Source: Halomicronema hongdechloris C2206 (lineage in GTDB: Bacteria; Cyanobacteriota; Cyanobacteriia; Phormidesmidales; Phormidesmidaceae). Taken from it: a stretch of DNA of 32,000 nucleotides. The notes under the pieces are model-generated. The model did not search any database and was not told the origin of the DNA. It worked only from the letters and a program-made list of their open reading frames with translations. The stretch covers positions 570,001 through 602,000 of the forward strand of contig NZ_CP021983.2 of assembly GCF_002075285.3 (NCBI RefSeq). Direction: 5' to 3'. Below are positions 26,051-32,000 of this stretch, one piece after another. How positions within the stretch are numbered: position 1 is the first letter of the stretch; each line of letters begins with the position of its first letter. Position numbers and translations under genes: made by a program.

Positions 26051-26611
26051 TTAATCTAACACGTCAAACAGTTTATCCTCTAACTGGGTTCGAATTCGCT
26101 GGAACTCTTCAGGCGAAACAATCTCCATCTGACCCCAGGCATTGCGATGGGCGCAGATGAGGAGGGGATCGCTGGGGGTGCAGATGGTATACTCCTCATC
26201 CTGGTGGAAAAACGTGGCCAAAATTTGAAAGTCTTCAGTGGCCCCGTCCAAGGCAGTGCCCCACTCATCTAACTCCAGGGTGAGACAGTCATCATCATTG
26301 GCTTCAGGAATCTCACCAGCCGCCGTTAGGGTAATGGCAGTATGCTGCAAGGTTAGGTTCTGCTCCGCCAGCACGGCCCGGGCGGTGGGAAATAGCGTGT
26401 CAATATCCTCTTCTTCCACGTCCATCAGCACTTCATCCCCGTCTGACTGTCGCCAGACAAAGATTTCAATGGGAGCATCCACTGGTAAGAGCAGTAAATA
26501 ACGTTGCCCGTCTACGTCAAAGGTTTGTTCAATGGAACAGGGCAGCGAACGACCGTCCTCGTCCATCAGCAATACTTGCTCGTCGTAGGCCTCGTTCACA
26601 TCATCCTCCAT
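26051..26611 (-). CDS. Acidic DUF3727/DUF1292-like cyanobacterial protein
   Basis: The protein is highly acidic, with two repeats of the pattern D..G....C.I...F...G..Y.LL.P. Its placement between ruvX and mltG is the usual cyanobacterial context, as far as I recall. Confidence 0.6.
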   Translation of the reverse strand: MEDDVNEAYDEQVLLMDEDGRSLPCSIEQTFDVDGQRYLLLLPVDAPIEIFVWRQSDGDEVLMDVEEEDIDTLFPTARAVLAEQNLTLQHTAITLTAAGEIPEANDDDCLTLELDEWGTALDGATEDFQILATFFHQDEEYTICTPSDPLLICAHRNAWGQMEIVSPEEFQRIRTQLEDKLFDVLD

Positions 26612-26639
26612 CCTGACTCTGGCTTGGGTAATCAGGCCC

Positions 26640-27116
26640 TCACACTGGCGGCAAGGCCCCGGATGACCGGGAAGGCTCGGTACGTCGTTGATCTAGCCAC
26701 TGTTGCAAAATGATTGCAGCAGCCTTGCGGTCAATCAACGCCTTATGGCGAGAGGGCGAGCGCTTGTCTCCCCGGATCAGCTGTTCCGCCTCCACGGAGG
26801 TGAGGCGCTCATCCACATAGTCTACGGGTAGTTGCAACACTGCCGATAGTCGCTGGGCGAATGCTTGCACCCGACGAGCTTGAGCTCCCATCTCACCTCC
26901 CATGGTGTAGGGCAACCCTACCACTAATACGGTGACCGCTCGCGACTCTACCAGGGAGCGCAACTCCTGCACGACTCGATCGAAGGAGGTGCGCTCTACG
27001 GTTGTGAGGCCAGTGGCAATTAACCCGGTGCGATCGCATCCAGCCACACCAATGCGTCGCTTACCCACATCCAGCCCCAACGCAGAGACCTCAGCCGAGC
27101 CCAAAGGGTTTGCCAT
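26640..27116 (-). CDS. ruvX: Holliday-junction resolvase-like / pre-16S rRNA nuclease RuvX (YqgF)
   Basis: The sequence shows ALGLDVGKRRIGVAGCD, LVVGLP....G and VDERLTS..A. Confidence 0.85.
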   Translation of the reverse strand: MANPLGSAEVSALGLDVGKRRIGVAGCDRTGLIATGLTTVERTSFDRVVQELRSLVESRAVTVLVVGLPYTMGGEMGAQARRVQAFAQRLSAVLQLPVDYVDERLTSVEAEQLIRGDKRSPSRHKALIDRKAAAIILQQWLDQRRTEPSRSSGALPPV

Positions 27117-27152
27117 AGAGAACGCGAACCTACGTTGACACAGCCTTAGACG

Positions 27153-28406
27153 TTACTCCCTAGAGCCATCGGCGGAAGCATCGGGCTCAGAGGCATCGTG
27201 GTCTGACGAGCGTCCCCAGCGATCTCGCTGTCGTCGGAAGGGCGCTACCTGCGACGGTAACGATAGTGGCCACTCCTCCGACCAAGACATCCGCCCCGGC
27301 ACCGGCTTACCCGCTGGTTGTAGACCAGATAGCACATCAGAGAGCTGTAACCCTTCTAATGTCACCGGCTTGGTTTCCCGCATCTTGTGCCATACTGAGC
27401 GGGACATCAGCAGCGTGTGATCCTGAGGCACTGCCTGGGTTCTAACTAGATACTCCTCCCGCTCTGGCTGATAGTCCAAGGACGTGACCTGTAGAGACTG
27501 AGACGGGAATGGCTGCAATACCCGGGCCATTTGTGTCATCAACTCAGGGTACAACCAGGTATAGGCCGGATGCACTGTCAAATCTGCCCGGTGGGGATGC
27601 TGACCATCCCGATCGATCACCAGCTTAAAATGGCCAATTGCTGCCTTGCGCTGAGGTTCAAACACATAGGCATTCAGGACTTCATTGCGTTGCCACCAAT
27701 TGGTCAGCCCCGCTGCGAGCAACTGCAAGACATTCGTCTTAAAATCTTGAATCTGATGGTCAAATACCTGCCTCACCAACGGGGGCATGGCTGCCGTATC
27801 CAACTGGTAGAGAAGCTGGGCATCGGCATTGCTGACCGGCAACAAATTCGGTAAGTCCGGTTCCCGGCCGCCCAAATCCGCTAGCTGTTCGGCCCCGATG
27901 GACCAATACGTCACCTGAGCCAAAGGCTGAAATCCATTCTGACGGTAGAGTGCCAGAGCCGCCTTACTATTGACATTCGTTTCGATGATCCAGGTACGGG
28001 CCTCCCAAATTGTCTCGAAGCAGTACCGCAGCAGCCGTGAGCCGATATCTCCGAAGAAGGTGGGGGCGCCAGTAGGCACAACTGAGCGATTGACGACTAC
28101 CCGATCCACTTGCCAAGTACTACGAGTCCGATTAAACGGAGACACTTGGATCAGGCCGCATAACTGACCCTGACGCTCTGCTACAAAAGCGGAAAACAGA
28201 TGCTGCCAGGGATTAGGGAAAAGACTTAAGACCTTCAACGGTCCGTACCACCGCCGTACCTGCTCCAGACGTTGAATCGTCTCTAAAGACGCCACCATTT
28301 CTCCGGCGTCAACAACATCCGCGGTCCACTGCCTCAGCTCATCTAAATCTCGATACTGGAGTGGACGAATTGTCAGCGCAGCGTCTGTAAAGGTCGAATG
28401 GGCCAT
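27153..28406 (-). CDS. GNAT-family N-acetyltransferase with long uncharacterised C-terminal region (417 aa)
   Basis: The N-terminal ~170 aa has a GNAT fold pattern: IRPLQYRDLDELRQW, GLIQVSP..., VVVN....GDIGSRLLRY, NSKALALYRQNGFQPL. The remaining ~250 aa have no recognised motif. Confidence 0.65.
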   Translation of the reverse strand: MAHSTFTDAALTIRPLQYRDLDELRQWTADVVDAGEMVASLETIQRLEQVRRWYGPLKVLSLFPNPWQHLFSAFVAERQGQLCGLIQVSPFNRTRSTWQVDRVVVNRSVVPTGAPTFFGDIGSRLLRYCFETIWEARTWIIETNVNSKAALALYRQNGFQPLAQVTYWSIGAEQLADLGGREPDLPNLLPVSNADAQLLYQLDTAAMPPLVRQVFDHQIQDFKTNVLQLLAAGLTNWWQRNEVLNAYVFEPQRKAAIGHFKLVIDRDGQHPHRADLTVHPAYTWLYPELMTQMARVLQPFPSQSLQVTSLDYQPEREEYLVRTQAVPQDHTLLMSRSVWHKMRETKPVTLEGLQLSDVLSGLQPAGKPVPGRMSWSEEWPLSLPSQVAPFRRQRDRWGRSSDHDASEPDASADGSRE

Positions 28407-28544
28407 AAAACTATCTATCTATACTATGCCACTGGAAACCTTGCTATTTATTTTAACCATTTCAGAGCAGTAACCCAGCATTGCCCCCCTGACTCGGCCG
28501 AACTCACCCGCCGCCTGACGACAGAGGTTGGCCGATGGTTTGAA

Positions 28545-29024
28545 TTACGTTGCTGCGTCAGACCAGGCGGTGTAGGGATGCCGGGCCAGATTGACGTTAA
28601 AATAACGCGGATCGTGGGACACTTCTGGCCCCAACCAGCTTGGGTATTGTAAGGTCTGGTTTTCCTGTGTGAGCTCGACTTCGGCTAGAATCAGGCCTTG
28701 ATTTGCTCCTAGGAACTCATCGATCTGCCAAATTAGATCCTCTAACTCAATGCGAGTACGCCATTTCTCAATCAAGGGAGGATCACACAGGATATCGAGT
28801 ATCGCCATGGCCTCATCGTGGGGGATAGGATACTCAAACTCGCTGCGAGTTACCCCGGCGGTAGGTCCCTTCAAGGTTAAATAGCCTTGTTGGCCAACGA
28901 CCCGAATCCTTACTGTACGTGCATCTGTGGTAGGAATGTAGCCCTGACGGTAGAGCACTCTTTGCCCTTGCGAACGCCAGCCATCCCCAGTGACTAAGAA
29001 TTTGCGCTCAATTTCCTGGGCCAT
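28545..29024 (-). CDS. CYTH-domain protein (CyaB/thiamine-triphosphatase-like)
   Basis: The sequence has the EIERKFLV (ExExK) signature, TVRIRV, GYLTLKG, RSEFEYPIP, KWRTRIE, IDEF.G.N.GLILAEVEL. ATG 29024 is preferred over GTG 29057. Confidence 0.8.
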   Translation of the reverse strand: MAQEIERKFLVTGDGWRSQGQRVLYRQGYIPTTDARTVRIRVVGQQGYLTLKGPTAGVTRSEFEYPIPHDEAMAILDILCDPPLIEKWRTRIELEDLIWQIDEFLGANQGLILAEVELTQENQTLQYPSWLGPEVSHDPRYFNVNLARHPYTAWSDAAT

Positions 29025-29128
29025 GGCAGCAATGCTCGCCTCTACAGATAGGACCACCGCTACAAAGCGGTATGCGATCGCAAGCCAGATAGCTCCCGAG
29101 TCTAGGATGCCATGGCCATGGTCCCCAA

Positions 29129-29521
29129 CTATTTGACCGGTTCCACATTATAGAAAATCGTCCAATTAAGAGGGTTCTTCAATCGATAGGACTGGCCCCT
29201 GAGAATCAGGCTAACAGCCACTCGGGTCTTCAGATGAACTCTCAGCAAATAGTACCCGTCAGCAGCAGCATAGTGCTCCGCATCCTGCTTCACCATACAG
29301 GCTTCCTTGCGGTAGCGGCCTGCCCCACTGACTATGATTAGGATTGGATACTCGATCCGATGCTCCTGGGGCAACCGAAAAATACCATAGACACAATGCC
29401 GACCTTGCCAGGGTCTAGCGAAGACAGCGATGGGATGGCTTTGAAAGATTTCCCTATCGGCATCTAGAAACGAGATGTCGCTACATTGGGGATTCAGGAG
29501 AGCCTTCAGGGCCGCAACCAT
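29129..29521 (-). CDS. Hypothetical 130-aa protein, co-oriented 10 nt downstream of the PhyH-like gene
   Basis: This is a clean ATG ORF (MVAALKALLNPQCSDISFLDADREIF..). No motif was recognised. Confidence 0.5.
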   Translation of the reverse strand: MVAALKALLNPQCSDISFLDADREIFQSHPIAVFARPWQGRHCVYGIFRLPQEHRIEYPILIIVSGAGRYRKEACMVKQDAEHYAAADGYYLLRVHLKTRVAVSLILRGQSYRLKNPLNWTIFYNVEPVK

Positions 29522-29531
29522 GAACAGGCAC

Positions 29532-30527
29532 CTATTCTTTTATGTTTTTCAAGAGAGACGGGTCCTTGAGATCATGGTGTAATCCATAATTATGGATGGC
29601 AAATTGAATTTGCAATATCAGCCGGTCTTGGCTTAAGGGTCGGGTTGCCTTATGGTAGCAAAAGGTATCTTCAGCGAATCCAAACCCCCTAGGACCCAGA
29701 ATAGAAATCACATTTTCGGATCCGTAGCAGGCGATAATATCCTCATCCTTACGACGTTTCACCGGCCAGAGAATTTGAGGGAGAGTTTTGTTGGTGTGGC
29801 TGCCACGAACACAGACATGAGGACCGCCATTCTCATCTACATCGGTCAGATAAAAGAAGAATCTGAGACAGGCATAGTCATCTAGATCATAGTGAAAGAA
29901 GGTGATCGTCTTGTTAGAATCGTAAGGGTTTGCATCTTCAACAACGAAATTCCACCATAGTCGGCTGCCAGTGAAAATGGGATCGGCATCCAGATATCTA
30001 GCCGCAATTTCAACTAGTTTTGGATCTTCGGCCAATGTCTTTATGGCTGGACATAGCAAACTCGTGTTAAAGTACTGCGCTGTGAATAGCGTAGTCTCGC
30101 AGTTAAGCTCATCTTTCTCGGAATAGAGAAATCCTAGCCGAGGATTCAAATTTCCATAACAGGAAGTGGAATAGGCGAATTCTAGTATCTCTTGCAGAAT
30201 ATGATCTGGCAAAGTCACACCAAGACGCAATCCATCTTCTTTTAAGGTGTCTGCGATGTCAACTGCGTTGACCTCATTAAAATTTGAAGCGTCAGATTGA
30301 GATAAATGCTGTTGGAGATTTGCCTGATTGGCCATCTTCCTGACGATAGAACGAATCCAACCAAATCTTCCGGCGATGGCCATTAAAAACCATCTAGGAT
30401 TTTTACGCATTTTATCTAAATATTTAGTGAGTCTCAGGAAGACTTCGATATAGAGCCCTCTGAAAAAAAGAGTCTCTCTCCTAGTTGCAGACATGGTCGA
30501 AATCCTCATGTCAGGCTTCAAAAACAT
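29532..30527 (-). CDS. PhyH-like Fe(II)/2-oxoglutarate dioxygenase superfamily protein (tentative), 331 aa
   Basis: FFHYDLDD provides an HxD motif, and GGPHVCVRGSH provides the distal His in a PhyH-style ..GSH context. YHKATRP downstream offers a candidate 2OG-binding Arg. GC is lower than in the flanks. The start is ambiguous (ATG at 30527, 30509 or 30494). Confidence 0.5.
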   Translation of the reverse strand: MFLKPDMRISTMSATRRETLFFRGLYIEVFLRLTKYLDKMRKNPRWFLMAIAGRFGWIRSIVRKMANQANLQQHLSQSDASNFNEVNAVDIADTLKEDGLRLGVTLPDHILQEILEFAYSTSCYGNLNPRLGFLYSEKDELNCETTLFTAQYFNTSLLCPAIKTLAEDPKLVEIAARYLDADPIFTGSRLWWNFVVEDANPYDSNKTITFFHYDLDDYACLRFFFYLTDVDENGGPHVCVRGSHTNKTLPQILWPVKRRKDEDIIACYGSENVISILGPRGFGFAEDTFCYHKATRPLSQDRLILQIQFAIHNYGLHHDLKDPSLLKNIKE

Positions 30528-30876
30528 GACTGAAATTAATCTTCTCGAGATTTAAAACTTCTATCACCAAGAGGAGTCAAGGCGACTGATCACTTGGACT
30601 CAAATTCAAGATTGACCTTGGCTCTAGGAGCTATCTTTCAGATGCGTCAAAATATGTCTTGGTATATGCCTTGGTAGACCCATTTCCCTTTCTTACGAGA
30701 GATCATGGCTCATGGTGTAGGGGCTGTCAGGCTGATATTTTATTTTCACAAAAACTTTATCGGAGATTGAGATTCTGTTTAAGTACTGGGGTACCGTAAT
30801 TACATCGCTCAGCCAGTGTTTCCTGCATGGAGTCCTAGGGTGCTTTAACATGCGGCAATGGTTGACTGGCTGTCTT

Positions 30877-30905
30877 TTGACGTGGGTAGTAGGGGTAGCC
30901 ATACT
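30877..30905 (+). promoter_or_regulatory. Candidate sigma70-type promoter for mini-ORF B
   Basis: TTGACG (30877-30882), a 17-nt spacer and CATACT (30900-30905), about 40 nt before ATG 30944. Confidence 0.3.
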
Positions 30906-30943
30906 GAATGTGTAGATATGGCGTTGGCCAGTCAGCTTAGGGC

Positions 30944-31042
30944 ATGACTGATCGCCCAATGGCCCAGTCTAGGGAGGCGGACTGGCTCGCCACCGCACAA
31001 AACATTGTGGCGGTGGCTATAACAATAGCCGCTTGCGGCTGA
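30944..31042 (+). CDS. Mini-ORF B, 32 aa, paralogue of mini-ORF A
   Basis: Hand translation gives MTDRPMAQSREADWLATAQNIVAVAITIAACG*. The shared upstream 10-mer GTTGGCCAGT lies at 30923-30932. A strong intrinsic terminator follows 17 nt after the stop. Confidence 0.4.
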   Translation: MTDRPMAQSREADWLATAQNIVAVAITIAACG

Positions 31043-31058
31043 TTCTCTAGTTCAATGA

Positions 31059-31090
31059 GTGGGAAGGCTTCGCCGCCTTCCCACTTTTTT
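31059..31090 (+). terminator. Rho-independent terminator
   Basis: A perfect 10-bp stem GTGGGAAGGC / GCCTTCCCAC with loop TTCGCC is followed by TTTTTT (31085-31090). Confidence 0.75.
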
Positions 31091-31259
31091 AAGGTTTCCC
31101 CTTTTACTTGGGCGTACTGGGCTGACTGGCTCAGAGGATATTTGGAAAGTACCCTGCAACCTTGCTCCAGACTGGATTCTGGCCAACAGAGTCATACACT
31201 CTAAAACGCTTACCCTGCAGGGCTTTCAGCCGAGTTTTCAAATGTCCTCTCAGGCTAGA

Positions 31260-32000
31260 TTATTCTCGCTCCAGGCGAGTCTGCAGTTCAGTCTTGACGC
31301 GGTTCAGGATGGACTGCTCGTCTAAGGAATTGAGAATGCGGCTAACCACAGCTTTTGGCCCCTCAGGCCCCCAAGTGGCTCCATTGACCAGATAGGCCTT
31401 GGCTACTTGACCAATGCCATAGGTGGAGACCCCTGCCACGGCAGCTTGGGTCAAGGCTACGGAGAGATAGGGCGGTAAGGAGAGGCCACCGGTGGCTATG
31501 GTTGAGAGCCCTAGCAATCCTTTGAGGGAACTGAGGCCAAAGGTAACCAAGAGTTCGCTGGCAGGGAGTCCGCCTAACCCTAAAGCCATCTGTCGCAGCA
31601 GATTCAGCGCGCCGGTTTGAGTCATGGGTAAGCCGTAGAGCCGGGACAGGGTAGTAATCAAGGCCACGTCTACTGCGGCCCCACCTAGGAGGTCGGCCAC
31701 CATGATCGGGTTGATGGCCACGGCCATGGCCTTGGTCATGACGGCAGTCCAGATGGCATCGTCGGCGATGCGATCGCAAATTTGTTGCTTTCGCTGCAAT
31801 AGCTGTTGGTTGACGGTATCAGCATAAAGCAGGGTATTGAGGGCAATCAGGGATTTGCCGTCACGGTGCAAAATCTCCAGAATCTTTAACTTCAGGGCAT
31901 CCACTTGGGGAGCTCCTCGGCGAGTCTGGGTAATAATTTGGCCATCGGGTCGCTTTACCGCCTCCACTACCAGTGGAGCTGCCGCTGCCATGACAATGTC
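31260..32000 (-). CDS. C-terminal part of a DUF697 (YcjF-like) membrane-associated protein, probably GTPase-linked; the 5-prime end lies outside the window
   Basis: The frame is open to the window edge. Gly/Ala-rich membrane segments are present (AINPIMVADLLGGAAVDVALI, LGLGGLPASELLVTFGLSSLKGLLG), along with GIGQVAKAYL, which is typical of DUF697. Confidence 0.6.
   Translation of the reverse strand, partial: DIVMAAAAPLVVEAVKRPDGQIITQTRRGAPQVDALKLKILEILHRDGKSLIALNTLLYADTVNQQLLQRKQQICDRIADDAIWTAVMTKAMAVAINPIMVADLLGGAAVDVALITTLSRLYGLPMTQTGALNLLRQMALGLGGLPASELLVTFGLSSLKGLLGLSTIATGGLSLPPYLSVALTQAAVAGVSTYGIGQVAKAYLVNGATWGPEGPKAVVSRILNSLDEQSILNRVKTELQTRLERE

Noticed and set aside
29110-29121. Perfect 12-bp palindrome CCATGGCCATGG, and the nearby ACCGCT-ACAA-AGCGGT hairpin (29056-29071)
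   Set aside because: These are short elements in a 70-nt spacer between two co-oriented genes, with no U-tract and no repeat elsewhere in the window. They are probably incidental or a weak transcript-end structure.
30693-31395. Track ORFs 30693-30959 (minus), 31059-31325 and 31162-31395 (plus)
   Set aside because: The first overlaps the promoter and start of mini-ORF B. The other two begin inside or right after the strong terminator hairpin and run antisense into the DUF697 gene.

Overview
This is a cyanobacterial chromosomal segment. The evidence is an isiA-type CP43-like antenna gene, 13 copies of the HIP1 octamer GCGATCGC, a group-2 sigma-70 factor, and cyanobacteria-typical small families (CRR7-like, DUF1830-like, DUF3727-like). 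Most of the window is ordinary core genome. It contains isiA, a dienelactone hydrolase lipoprotein, a metallophosphoesterase, a secreted TPR-CHAT protein and tRNA-Ser(UGA). It also has a PHP phosphoesterase, ferredoxin-sulfite reductase, an ArsS-type radical SAM enzyme, an alpha/beta hydrolase, a VanY-type peptidase and an M20 amidohydrolase. A signalling cluster follows (CheY-like RR, DUF1830, NarL-type RR, REC-histidine kinase, sigma factor). The rest is proB, a yqeG-mltG-DUF3727-ruvX housekeeping block, a GNAT protein, a CYTH protein and a partial DUF697 protein. I found no CRISPR array, no rRNA, no intact mobile element and no recognisable named defence system. Five things are not explained by standard annotation. 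(1) A low-GC islet sits directly 3-prime of tRNA-Ser. It carries a three-gene cassette (ribbon-helix-helix protein, 62-aa acidic protein, 2-TM protein) and ends at a decayed IS630 transposase fragment. (2) A second low-GC islet carries a PhyH-like Fe(II)/2OG oxygenase and an unassignable 130-aa partner. (3) Two paralogous ~32-aa ORFs about 7 kb apart are below the ORF-track cutoff; they share a 5-prime 10-mer, and one has a clean intrinsic terminator. (4) An unannotated 46-aa membrane ORF has a strong Shine-Dalgarno sequence and its own terminator downstream of arsS. (5) The sulfite reductase has a ribbon-helix-helix-like C-terminal tail. All functional calls come from reading motifs by eye. 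No database search was run, so family names are recollections that need HMM or BLAST confirmation.
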